A stretch of DNA of 64,000 nucleotides, taken from assembly GCA_963674865.2 (NCBI GenBank), contig CAXXYE010000004.1:384001-448000 (forward strand), given 5' to 3'. Under the pieces are notes generated by a model. The model saw nothing but the letters and a program-made list of their open reading frames with translations, was not told the origin of the DNA and did no database searches. Below, piece by piece: positions 36,776 through 46,266 of the stretch. The DNA is from Candidatus Hydrogenedentota bacterium. Its GTDB lineage: Bacteria > Hydrogenedentota > Hydrogenedentia > Hydrogenedentales > SLHB01. How positions within the stretch are numbered: the first letter of the stretch is position 1; each line of letters opens with the position of its first letter. Made by a program: the position numbers and the translations under genes.

Positions 36776-37465
36776 TTACCGTGCCGGAGTGTGCGTTGAC
36801 TCTTCAGACTGGCTTTCCTCGGACGATTCGGGCTGTTCCCCGTCGCCGCCACCTTCGCCGGAGGGTTTCGAGCGCCAACCGGCGGCTCGCTGGCGGGCTC
36901 GCTGAACAAGACGGCGCATGTCTGATTCGAACTTGTCCAGGCACAGGTATAGCCTGGCGCGCTGGGTAATGCTCAGGTCATCACCGAGTTGCTCGAATAG
37001 CTCGCTGCGGAGATTGACGAGTTCGGTATCTCTCGCGATGACTTCCTTCAGCTTTGCTTCGACCTCGGCTTCCGGCCCGGCGGCGCTCGCCAGTTCTCGC
37101 AGTTCTCTGAGCGTTTGATAGCGGGCCTTCCGAAGCTCACGGCTCATGTCCTTGAATTCACCCAGGCGCTTGAGCATGACGACCATCTCGGCGTCGGAAA
37201 GGTCGAGTTCCTCGGAAAGACGCGTCGCCATGACGGCGTCCATCATCTCACGGATCTCATCTCTGTCATGCGAGTGCTTATAGAAAGGGACATCTTTGGA
37301 TTCGGCGGCAAGGGCATATGTGCTCGTCTTCGCCTCGTCATTTGCCTTAGCGGAGACGTCCGAGACGGCGGGTGAGACGGATTCCTCCGGCGGAACGGCA
37401 TAGGCTCCGCGTGCAGCAATCATGACGGCGGCCAGTCCCATGACAAGCAACATACGCGGGTTCAT
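36776..37465 (-). CDS. Secreted Spy/CpxP-like helical protein
   Basis: Signal peptide; RLSEELDLSDAE and LSITQRARLY (LTxxQ-like); third gene of the ECF operon. Confidence 0.65.
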   Translation of the reverse strand: MNPRMLLVMGLAAVMIAARGAYAVPPEESVSPAVSDVSAKANDEAKTSTYALAAESKDVPFYKHSHDRDEIREMMDAVMATRLSEELDLSDAEMVVMLKRLGEFKDMSRELRKARYQTLRELRELASAAGPEAEVEAKLKEVIARDTELVNLRSELFEQLGDDLSITQRARLYLCLDKFESDMRRLVQRARQRAAGWRSKPSGEGGGDGEQPESSEESQSEESTHTPAR

Positions 37466-38115
37466 GTGATACGCTCCTCATTTGCGTACTCTTGCAACAC
37501 CTGGCTGAAGGCTTCGCTCTCGGCTTCAGTCAGCGATTGAATGACGGTGTTGAGATCTTCCTGTGCTTCGAACGACCCGGCCCATTGGGCGAACCACGGC
37601 GTCTCAGCAAGAACATCCACCATGGCCAAGGCTGGGACCTCGTCCAGCTCTTCCACAACCATTGAAGGCTCGGGGAGTACGTAGGCAATGTCTTGCCCCG
37701 GCTCCAACTGCTTTTCCAGCGTGGCAAGCAGGGCACCTTCATCAAGGGCGCGGTCGGGAGCCTCGTTTTGCAGGCCGTTTGCCCAGCCGGGCGCGTGGTT
37801 GTCTTCGTATACCACGGCAACGGCAAGAATAACCAATACGATGGTTGCCGCGGCGAGCCAAGGCGCCGCCTGAAAGGGCCATCTGGCCCAGTTCGGTTCA
37901 GGCTTCCGTCTCACGGCGGCAAGGACGCGTTCGGTGAAAGCGGGATTGCCGACGGGCCCCTGCAGGCCCTTGAGGTGGGCTGAAAGCCTGAGAAGGTCCA
38001 TGTGCCTTTGGGCGCACTCCGGGCACTGTTGCAGGTGTCGGGCGATTCTGTCAGGATCCCGCGCCTGGCCGTCGATGTACAACGACAATTCGTCCAAGAC
38101 GTGTTTCGTCTTCAT
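37462..38115 (-). CDS. Zinc-finger (zf-HC2) anti-sigma factor
   Basis: LSLYIDG...HLQQCPEC followed by a TM helix. Confidence 0.85.
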   Translation of the reverse strand: MKTKHVLDELSLYIDGQARDPDRIARHLQQCPECAQRHMDLLRLSAHLKGLQGPVGNPAFTERVLAAVRRKPEPNWARWPFQAAPWLAAATIVLVILAVAVVYEDNHAPGWANGLQNEAPDRALDEGALLATLEKQLEPGQDIAYVLPEPSMVVEELDEVPALAMVDVLAETPWFAQWAGSFEAQEDLNTVIQSLTEAESEAFSQVLQEYANEERIT

Positions 38116-38690
38116 AGTAGCTCTCCGCCGAGTTCGACGAGCTGTTGTCGGAGCTGCTCTCTCGCGCGGGCCAGACGGCTCTTCACGGTGCCCTGCCTGA
38201 CCTTCACGATCCGGGCTATGGCGCTGTAGTCAAGCCCTTGGACTTCCCTTAGAACAAGCACTTCGCGGTGTTCGGGCGAGAGGCGGCCCAGTCCCACTGT
38301 GATCAAGTCCTCAATCTCACGTAACCGTGCCTCGCGGTCAGGGCGTCGGCTTGGATCGGGAATAGCGCGCTCAGAGTTATCCTCCCGCACCAAGGGTTCG
38401 CCGCGACCTCGGCCGCGACGCTTTGAGTCGCGGAGGAAGTTCAGGGCCAAGTTCCGCGCAATTCCAAGAACCACTGTCGAGAACTGCGCCCTTTCCTTAA
38501 GGCGGTGCAAATGGCGGTGTAGGCGAACGAACGTCTCCTGGGCGATGTCTTCGGCATCGTGTACAGAGCCAACCATACGCTGGCAGAAGTGGATCACCGG
38601 CTTCTGGTGGCGTGACACCAACTGCGCAAACGCGTCCATATCACCTGACTGCGCCTTCGCTACAAGCTCCCAATCCGGGGCATCGACCAC
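38112..38690 (-). CDS. ECF sigma-70 family RNA polymerase sigma factor
   Basis: DAEDIAQETF, IARNLALNFLR, LREVQGLDYSAIA...GTVKSRLARAR. Confidence 0.93.
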   Translation of the reverse strand: MVDAPDWELVAKAQSGDMDAFAQLVSRHQKPVIHFCQRMVGSVHDAEDIAQETFVRLHRHLHRLKERAQFSTVVLGIARNLALNFLRDSKRRGRGRGEPLVREDNSERAIPDPSRRPDREARLREIEDLITVGLGRLSPEHREVLVLREVQGLDYSAIARIVKVRQGTVKSRLARAREQLRQQLVELGGELL

Positions 38691-38792
38691 TTGAAGGCTT
38701 ACCTCGCCTCTATTCCGTGAAACACCATCTCACGGACCCGGTTCCCTCGACCACTCGTCCAATATGGCGCAAAACGCCGCCATGGCAGCAGT

Positions 38793-40193
38793 TTACGAAC
38801 GCTTGACCCGCGGACCGTCCGGCGTATCCTCGATAACCCAACCATCCTCGGCGAGGGCGTCACGAATGGCGTCTGCCTTGGCGAAGTCCTTCTCCCGCCG
38901 TGCCTTCTGACGTTCCATAACACGGTCCAGGATCTCCTGCGGGGCCTCCTCGTCGTCGGCATCGCCGAGAACTCCGACCACCATATCAAGTTTGTCTAGG
39001 AGACTCAGCGCACGTTTGGCCCCCGCCGCGCTCAGTTCATTGGCATCGATGAGCTTGTTGGTATCTCGTATGAAATCAAAAATCACCGCCAAAGCGGAAG
39101 AGATGTTTAGATCGTCGTCGAGTGCGTCGCCGAAAGCGGCCTCACAGGCGGCCGTCTCTTGGGCCAAGTCCGAGCCGTCGACGGTTACGACGTCTTTGAG
39201 GCGTAGCCTGAAATCCCGGACGCGGCGCAGGGACTGTCCGGCGGCCTCCAGGGCGTCAAAGGTGAAATTGTTGGGTTGGCGGTAGTGAGTGGCCAACAAG
39301 ACCCAGCGGATGGCGACGGGGTCGTGTCCTTTCTCCACTAAATCGCGCAGCGTGTAGAAGTTGCCAAAGGACTTGGCCATCTTTCTGCCGTCGAAATAGA
39401 GGTGGGCGCAATGGAGCCAGTACTTGACGAAGGGCTTGCCGGAGGCGGCTTCCGATTGAGCGATCTCATTCTCGTGATGGGGAAACATATTATCGATGCC
39501 GCCCGTATGGATGTCGAATGAGGCGCCCAGGTACTTCATGCTCATGGCTGAACACTCGATATGCCAGCCCGGACGCCCCTTTCCAAGCTCGGTCTCCCAG
39601 AAGACATCGCCGTCTTCCTCGTCGTAGGCCTTCCACAAGGCGAAGTCGCGCGCATTCTCGCGTTCGTATTCGTCGGCGTCGACACGTCCGCTGGCGCCCG
39701 TCTCGAGTTCTTCGATGTTGAAATGACTCAGTTTGCCGTAGTCGGGAAACGTGCTGAGCCGGAAATAGATGCTGCCGCCAGTTTCGTAGGTGTGGCCTTT
39801 TGCACGCAGGGCTTTAACCAACTCGACCATCTCGGGGACGTGGTCTGTGGCCGCGGGATACACTTCCGCCCGCTCGATACCAAGCGTGTCGAGGTCCTCG
39901 AAGAAAGCCTGGCTATAGCGCTGCGTGATGGACTTCCAGGGCTCACCTGTCTTGCGGGCCGTTCGGATGATCTTGTCCTCAACATCAGTAAGGTTCATGA
40001 CCTGTGTGACTTCATAGCCGCGAAACTCAAGGTGTCTTCGCAGGAGATCCTCAAACATGTAGGCGCGGAAGTTGCCGATATGGGCGAAGTTATAGACGGT
40101 CGGGCCGCAGGTGTACAGGCCGACTCGGGGGGGGGACAGGGGAGTGAAGACCTCTTTCTGCCGTGTCAACGTATTGTAGAACCGGATAGGCAT
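38793..40193 (-). CDS. cysS: Cysteine--tRNA ligase
   Basis: CGPTVYNFAHIGN, GRPGWHIECSAM, FPHHENE, KMAKS. Confidence 0.97.
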   Translation of the reverse strand: MPIRFYNTLTRQKEVFTPLSPPRVGLYTCGPTVYNFAHIGNFRAYMFEDLLRRHLEFRGYEVTQVMNLTDVEDKIIRTARKTGEPWKSITQRYSQAFFEDLDTLGIERAEVYPAATDHVPEMVELVKALRAKGHTYETGGSIYFRLSTFPDYGKLSHFNIEELETGASGRVDADEYERENARDFALWKAYDEEDGDVFWETELGKGRPGWHIECSAMSMKYLGASFDIHTGGIDNMFPHHENEIAQSEAASGKPFVKYWLHCAHLYFDGRKMAKSFGNFYTLRDLVEKGHDPVAIRWVLLATHYRQPNNFTFDALEAAGQSLRRVRDFRLRLKDVVTVDGSDLAQETAACEAAFGDALDDDLNISSALAVIFDFIRDTNKLIDANELSAAGAKRALSLLDKLDMVVGVLGDADDEEAPQEILDRVMERQKARREKDFAKADAIRDALAEDGWVIEDTPDGPRVKRS

Positions 40194-40261
40194 ATGCTGT
40201 TCTCCTTGTCTCGGATTCGTACGGCGACATCCGATTCGCCGCCGGTTCCTAGAGTATCTGC

Positions 40262-41188
40262 TCAGGTTAGCAGGGCATCCACGAAGGCCTCAGGGGCGAA
40301 GGGCTGAAGATCCTCAATTCCTTCACCGATTCCAATGAACTTGATGGGAATATCCAGTTGCTTCTGGATGGCCACGACGATGCCGCCTTTGGCAGTGCCA
40401 TCAAGCTTCGCGAGGACAAGTCCCGTGACATTCAGCGCTTCGGTGAATTGCCGTGCTTGCTGGAGGCCATTTTGTCCGGTTGTAGCGTCGAGGACGAGGA
40501 GGACTTGATGCGGCGCCCCGGGAATCCGCTTGCCGACGACGCGTTGGATTTTCTTGAGTTCTTCCATCAGGTTGACTTTGGTATGCAGTCGCCCTGCCGT
40601 ATCTACGATAAGGCAATCCGCGCCACGCGATACGGCCGCATCGGCTGCGTCGAAGGCCACGGCCGCCGGATCCGATCCGTCCTGATGTTTGATGACGGCG
40701 GCGCCGACGCGTTCTCCCCAAATACTGAGCTGCTCCGTAGCCGCGGCCCGAAAGGTGTCCGCAGCGCCTAGAATAACGGTTTTGTCCGCGGCGCCGAGCT
40801 GGGCGGCGAGCTTGCCTATCGTAGTGGTTTTTCCGGAGCCGTTGACACCCACCACCATGGTGACGTGGGGGCCTTCGGGCATCGCCCATTCGATGGCGTG
40901 GTCGCCAGGTGACAGCAGGTTGAGAAGATCCTTCCTCAAAACGTCATAGAGAGCGTCGGCGTTTTCGAGCCGGTCTTCCTTGGCGGCTTGACGCAGGTCG
41001 TCAATGATGGCGAGCGTTGTTTCGACACCGACGTCGCCCTGGATCAGGATCTCCTCGAGATCATCGAAGAGTGAATCATCTAAAGCCCGGCCAGCCACAA
41101 CGCGGCGGATGCCGCCCATCAAAGAGTCGCGGGTTTTGCCCAGACGTTCGCGCAAGCGTCCAAACAATCCCTGTTTTCGATCTGCCAT
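40262..41188 (-). CDS. ftsY: Signal recognition particle receptor FtsY
   Basis: GVNGSGKTTT, DTFRAAA, DTAGR, KLDGTAKGG. Confidence 0.97.
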   Translation of the reverse strand: MADRKQGLFGRLRERLGKTRDSLMGGIRRVVAGRALDDSLFDDLEEILIQGDVGVETTLAIIDDLRQAAKEDRLENADALYDVLRKDLLNLLSPGDHAIEWAMPEGPHVTMVVGVNGSGKTTTIGKLAAQLGAADKTVILGAADTFRAAATEQLSIWGERVGAAVIKHQDGSDPAAVAFDAADAAVSRGADCLIVDTAGRLHTKVNLMEELKKIQRVVGKRIPGAPHQVLLVLDATTGQNGLQQARQFTEALNVTGLVLAKLDGTAKGGIVVAIQKQLDIPIKFIGIGEGIEDLQPFAPEAFVDALLT

Positions 41189-41474
41189 TAAGTGATTCCT
41201 TACGTATCTTCTTGTACTACAGATGGTTGTAAGATGGCGCGATTCGCGCGCATTGCCCTGGTGAAGGCGAGGGCCCGGCGCCTCAGCCCACGAGGAAGGG
41301 CGATGCTACCATGCTCATGAGAGGGGCTACAAACGCTAGCCGCTGCAACTGGAGGATTGTTCGGGCAGCAGTTGCTGTGAAAGGGCTGTGGGGCCGAGAT
41401 TGTCTGCGAACGAGGATAATGTCGCATGTAGGGCGAGGAGCCGAAGCTGCTAAACGGGAGCCGCCGACGTGGCA

Positions 41475-42242
41475 TTAGTCCACCGCATAGGCAAGGGCCA
41501 CGTAGCGAACGTCGCTATCTCCGTACTGTGCTTGACACTCGAGGGCGCCGTCGGGCTGCTTGAGTGCAATGCCGATGGCTAGATAGTAGGTTCGGCGTCC
41601 GAGGCGGACAGCAGCTGAATTGCGGGCTGTAAGCGAGTTGTTGCGGTCAACACGAGCGAGCCCCCGTACCTCGGCATCCTCCCCGAGCAAAGCAAGGAAG
41701 TGAAGTTCCTCGTCATGACGACTCACAATCGCCGTACCGAGCACGTTGCTCGGAGAAGGGTTGTTCTTGTCCACCAGGACATAGCGCCCGGCAAAGGTGC
41801 TTCTGCTCACGGGATGGGCCAGCGCCGCGTCGATCTCCGCGGGCGTCACGGGTTCTTCGGCGAGTCCCCGCCACAAGTCTTCGTAGAGCCCGGCCTTGTT
41901 CCCCTGCCAGTAGGAGCGTGCCTTAACATTCTCCCGCCCCTCGACGGATACGAGCATTTGGAGAATGTTATTCACGTTGAGAGCCACCCAGAGCAGTACA
42001 AGGAGGCCCAGCACAGCAACGGCCCGGGCCAACCAGGCCGACTTGGGTTGGCTCTCGGCCTCTAGGGTAGTACCTTCGGCGACGCGTCTCGCCCGCTGGT
42101 CGCGGAGATTATTCCCGCAGGTCTTGCAGAGCAAGGTCCCTTCGGGATTGACCGTACCACAGCGAGCGCACACGGCGTCCGCATCAATGGAGTCCCAGTG
42201 TTGCTCGGGCGCCGGGTGCGGAGATCCCTCGTCACCGTTCAT
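41475..42242 (-). CDS. Zinc-ribbon membrane protein
   Basis: CARCGTVNPEGTLLCKTCG followed by a TM helix. Confidence 0.75.
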   Translation of the reverse strand: MNGDEGSPHPAPEQHWDSIDADAVCARCGTVNPEGTLLCKTCGNNLRDQRARRVAEGTTLEAESQPKSAWLARAVAVLGLLVLLWVALNVNNILQMLVSVEGRENVKARSYWQGNKAGLYEDLWRGLAEEPVTPAEIDAALAHPVSRSTFAGRYVLVDKNNPSPSNVLGTAIVSRHDEELHFLALLGEDAEVRGLARVDRNNSLTARNSAAVRLGRRTYYLAIGIALKQPDGALECQAQYGDSDVRYVALAYAVD

Positions 42243-42474
42243 TCGTCATTTCCTCATAATGCCATTGCGTTTGCGGCGAGAGTTGTCCTGCCGCCGGGGG
42301 CAAGGCCCGTGTCTGCCTAACCTTTCCTAATATTAGCACAGGTTCCACCAACTAATGAAATCCCATAGTGTCTCCATCGTATCGGTTGTTCCGCGAAAGG
42401 GCCAATCCCTCTGGCGTTTTCAGGCGGAAGATCCGCGTAGCCTTTTCTGGGATAACCACTTGGAAGATCTGGGT

Positions 42475-42595
42475 GTGTTGGGAGACGGGTTCCCCCGCCC
42501 AGAGAGCCTCGATCCGGGGGTGGGAGACAGAGCAATGCCGCCTTAGCCAGTTGCCCTATCTCGGCGGCTAGGAGCACGGCCACGTGAAACAACAT
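42475..42595 (+). ncRNA. Candidate structured non-coding element (possibly IS110-type non-coding end)
   Basis: Outer TGTTG/CAACA and ACG/CGT pairing encloses GCCGCC/GGCGGC and TAG/CTA stems; intergenic; strand uncertain. Confidence 0.35.
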
Positions 42596-42627
42596 TGGGC
42601 CTCACTCCGTGGGTATTTGAGGAGCGC

Positions 42628-44175
42628 TTACCGCTTGCATGCCGTCAGGCCGGGCCACGTATCCGTCCGGAACGGTGAGGCGGGGAGCCCGGCGCCGTTA
42701 TAGAGATTGCACTCCGGGTTATCGGCCCACGCGTACCTTACCGCCACCGGTTCGGGCACCTTGTCGGACCACACCACCACCTTATCGCCCTGGATCACGG
42801 CGTCGGCCCAAACAAATTCTCTGTCCAGTCCAGCTATAGCAAATCCCCTCAGTCGCTCACCGTTTTTGGCCACTAGGCCGCCGTTCGCGTGCTTGAAGAG
42901 CAGAATGATTTTTCCATCGCGGATGCGCATCGCGTGGTACAGCGGCCCTGAGAAGGCAACGTGTCGGCCGTAGGTTCTGTTCAGGGCAATGAGGGCAAGG
43001 CGCTTGCCGACATCTTGCTTGTTGCGCGGGTGAATGTCTTTCGCCTCGCCGATGTCGATGATGACGGCCATACCGGTGTTACGAAGGTCAAGCGTCATGA
43101 GTTGGGCCTCGCGAAGCTCGGCCCACGCGGATTCGCCCGGCTCCGGCTTGCGCTCAAGGAAATTCGCAAGTTGCACGAATAAGAAGGGGAAGTCGCCTTG
43201 GTTCCACGCTGCGCGCCAATCCTCTATCATGGCAGGAAACAGTTCACGGTACTGGTAGGCGCGACCGGCGTTCGACTCGCCCTGATACCAGATGGCCCCC
43301 TGGATGGCGTACGGCACCAACGGCGCAATCATGGCGTTGTAAAGCGACGCAGGGCGGTGTGGGTGGTCGAATCCCATGGGCCCCCACGGCCTGCGGGGCT
43401 TTGGTTTGCCCTCCTTTTCGGCCGCGGCCGCCTCTTTCTCCCATGCCTTCATCTTCTCGTCATGAACGGCCTTCGCGTGAGGATACTCGGCGAGCAACTT
43501 CGTCCATTTGTTGATGATTGGGGCGAAGCACTCCAGGGTGGGGAGGGTCGTCCACGACTCGGCGGGCGTGCCGCCCCAGGCCGTCTGGATGAGGCCCACC
43601 GGTACGTCCAGGGACGCATGCAGTTCTCGGCCGAAGAAATAGCCTACCGCGGAAAAGCCCGGAATGGTTCCCGGACAACAGACTTCCCATGAGCCGTTAC
43701 AGTCATCCTGTGGCGTGTCGGCCACCGTTCGCTCCACACTGAAGAGCCGGATTCTGGGATGGAATGCTGAGGCAATCTCTTGTTCAGCGTTGTTGGAGCG
43801 CTCGACTGTCCACTGCATGTTGGACTGGCCGGAACACACCCACACTTCACCCACGAGGACGTCACTGAGCGTTATGGGGCTGTGCTTGCCGTTGATGATC
43901 ATGTCGAAGGGGCCGCCCGCCGCCACGGGGGGAAGCTCGACCTCCCAGCGGCCGTCGGCCGCCGCCCGCGTGTCTTTCTGAACGCCGTGAAAACTTACCG
44001 TCACCGGCTCACCGGGATCGGCCCACCCCCAGACAGGCACGGGTTTGCCCTGCTGAATAACCATGTGGTCGCCAAAGACGCTTGGCAACCGCACCGCGGC
44101 GTCCGCGGGCAGGATGGCTCCCGCCAGAATGAAAACCGCGATGAGAAACGTGCAGGTGTAACGGTGTGAAGTCAT
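42628..44175 (-). CDS. Sialate O-acetylesterase (SASA) family protein
   Basis: GEVWVCSGQSNM, AWGGTPAESW, GAIWYQGESN, DIHPRNKQDVG; signal peptide. Confidence 0.92.
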   Translation of the reverse strand: MTSHRYTCTFLIAVFILAGAILPADAAVRLPSVFGDHMVIQQGKPVPVWGWADPGEPVTVSFHGVQKDTRAAADGRWEVELPPVAAGGPFDMIINGKHSPITLSDVLVGEVWVCSGQSNMQWTVERSNNAEQEIASAFHPRIRLFSVERTVADTPQDDCNGSWEVCCPGTIPGFSAVGYFFGRELHASLDVPVGLIQTAWGGTPAESWTTLPTLECFAPIINKWTKLLAEYPHAKAVHDEKMKAWEKEAAAAEKEGKPKPRRPWGPMGFDHPHRPASLYNAMIAPLVPYAIQGAIWYQGESNAGRAYQYRELFPAMIEDWRAAWNQGDFPFLFVQLANFLERKPEPGESAWAELREAQLMTLDLRNTGMAVIIDIGEAKDIHPRNKQDVGKRLALIALNRTYGRHVAFSGPLYHAMRIRDGKIILLFKHANGGLVAKNGERLRGFAIAGLDREFVWADAVIQGDKVVVWSDKVPEPVAVRYAWADNPECNLYNGAGLPASPFRTDTWPGLTACKR

Positions 44176-44241
44176 GATGCATCCCTTTCCCAGAAAGAGT
44201 CCCATTTGCTCAGGCCATTATTCCACGGATGCCGCCCATAC

Positions 44242-46266
44242 TCAACGCGCTTTCTCCGCTTCACGCGGCGTCTGGGCATAGCGAAGTGCGCGCCGGAAGT
44301 GTTCCGCCGCTGCCGTCTTTTCGCCTTTGTAGGCGGCATATATCCCCAGGTTCATGTTGGCGTCTACGTCCATCGCATCTCCCTCCAACTGGCTCTTGAA
44401 TTGCTGGAGAACTGCCGGGGTGAACATTTCGTCGGCCTTGTCGGGGCCAAATCCCAATGCCTGTGCGAAATGCTCGATGGCCGGCCGATGCTCCCCGTCG
44501 AGGAAGAACACCATCCCGAGGCCCGCGAGCCCGTTGGGGTGGTTGGGAACTAATGCCAAGGCGGCATGGAATTGCTCCTTCGCTTCTTCGAACCTGCCTT
44601 GGCCTGCTCTCACCATCCCCAGATTAACCAGCGCGTTGGCGTGATTTGAGTTAAGGCGCAATACCTTTTCGAGCGCCTCCGCCGCTTTGTCAAGGTCTCC
44701 TTGGATCATCAAAATGTTGGCCGTGTTGTTCAAGGCCTCAACACTATTGGGATCAATGGCGAGAGCATCGCGATAGTGTTTGAGGGCTTCCGCCAGGTGG
44801 CCCTGAAGGTACAGTGCCCTTCCCAGGTTGACGTGCGCCTTGGGATAGGTCGGCTCAATGCGTATGGCGTCGCGGAACTGTTCGATGGCCTCGGGGAGCC
44901 TCTCCTGGTCGACCAGGGCAGAGCCCAGGCCGTTGTGGGCCTTGGCGCTTCCTCCGGTCACGGCAAGAGCATGTCGGAAGAGCGTCTCGGCGTTGCGCCA
45001 AAATCCCACCTGCCGCCAGGTCATGCCTGCCGCCATTACTAGCGACAGCGACGCCGCGGTGGCCACCATGCCTCTTAGGCGGCGCCGCGATGCGACGAGG
45101 TCCGCCAGCCCCCAGGTAACAAGAATAAGGATGCCGACGGAGGGGATATAGGTGTACCTGTCGGCCATAGCTTGTCCCCCGACTTGTACGATGCCGATGA
45201 CGGGAACAAGCGTCCCGAGGTACCAGAACCAGCCTACCGTGAGGTAGGGTGCTCTTCGCATACGCCATAGGACGAGTCCCGTCACCGCGGCGAGCAGCAA
45301 ACCGGCCATTACGGCCTGCCAAGACAGCAGTGCTTCACGCGCATGGGGGTAGTAACACGCCAGATTCAAAGGCCACGCCATTTTCCCAAGATACGCGGCA
45401 TAGGCGACAAGTGCGTTGCCCACACGACTCGCCATTGGATAGCTCGCCACCGGGGCGACCGCACCGCCTTGGCGCTGCGCAAGAAAGGTTGCCACGCTTG
45501 CGCCGGCCGCCAGCGCGAAAAGAGGAAGCTTCTCGACGATCACTCGCGACAGCGTCCGGGGGAGGGGCGCCTCACCAACTCGCCTAAGAGGCCAGTAGTC
45601 CAGCAGCAGCAGCACGCAAGGCAGTGTGACGAGCATGGGTTTCGCCATGAGTCCCAGCGCCAGCGACACGGTGACGAGGGCGTAGCCAAAGACAGTGCGT
45701 TTCCGCGCGTACGCACCGTACGCCAGCATCGTGAGCATCCAGAAGAAGGCGCTGAGCACGTCCTTTCGCTCCGCCACCCACGCCACAGACTCAGCGCGCA
45801 GAGGATGGAGTGCGAAGAGGGCTGCTACGAAGGCGCTGCGCCAGCGACAGCCCGTTGTGTTTCGCAGGAACAGGAAGAGAAGGACGGCGCTTGCCGCGTG
45901 GAGAAGGACATTAGTCAAATGGTGGCCGCCGGGCGTCTTCCCGAAAAGGTCGATGTCGAGCATCAACGACATCCAGGTCAGCGGGTGCCAATTCGCGCAG
46001 TAGCCGGTTTTCAACGCCCAGAGGATGCTTTGGGGCGATAGCCCGCCGTGAATATGGTAGTTGTCGACGATATAGGCGCGATCATCGAAGTCGACAAAGC
46101 CGAAGTCCAGCGTCTGGCCAAAAACCAGAGCAACCGCAAAGATTAATCCCACAATGATGAGAAGATCTTGTCGCGTAAGGCGTGGGGGAGAAGAGCCGGG
46201 AAGGTCTCCCGGCTGACGAATACCGTCCTTTGGTGGATGCATTCTCAAGCGTTTACTAGACCTCAC
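44242..46266 (-). CDS. TMTC-like membrane glycosyltransferase with C-terminal TPRs
   Basis: FVDFDD, WHPLTW, FALHPLRAESVAWVAERKD, MADRYTY, several TPRs; start uncertain. Confidence 0.85.
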   Translation of the reverse strand: MRSSKRLRMHPPKDGIRQPGDLPGSSPPRLTRQDLLIIVGLIFAVALVFGQTLDFGFVDFDDRAYIVDNYHIHGGLSPQSILWALKTGYCANWHPLTWMSLMLDIDLFGKTPGGHHLTNVLLHAASAVLLFLFLRNTTGCRWRSAFVAALFALHPLRAESVAWVAERKDVLSAFFWMLTMLAYGAYARKRTVFGYALVTVSLALGLMAKPMLVTLPCVLLLLDYWPLRRVGEAPLPRTLSRVIVEKLPLFALAAGASVATFLAQRQGGAVAPVASYPMASRVGNALVAYAAYLGKMAWPLNLACYYPHAREALLSWQAVMAGLLLAAVTGLVLWRMRRAPYLTVGWFWYLGTLVPVIGIVQVGGQAMADRYTYIPSVGILILVTWGLADLVASRRRLRGMVATAASLSLVMAAGMTWRQVGFWRNAETLFRHALAVTGGSAKAHNGLGSALVDQERLPEAIEQFRDAIRIEPTYPKAHVNLGRALYLQGHLAEALKHYRDALAIDPNSVEALNNTANILMIQGDLDKAAEALEKVLRLNSNHANALVNLGMVRAGQGRFEEAKEQFHAALALVPNHPNGLAGLGMVFFLDGEHRPAIEHFAQALGFGPDKADEMFTPAVLQQFKSQLEGDAMDVDANMNLGIYAAYKGEKTAAAEHFRRALRYAQTPREAEKAR

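Noticed and set aside
42520..42590. HDV-like or hammerhead ribozyme
   Set aside because: No CUGAUGA core, and the HDV nested pseudoknot pairings could not be built on either strand
42576..42591. CACGTGAAACA as a parS site
   Set aside because: Only 11 of 16 positions match TGTTTCACGTGAAACA and the left arm is absent; no good parS seen near parAB either
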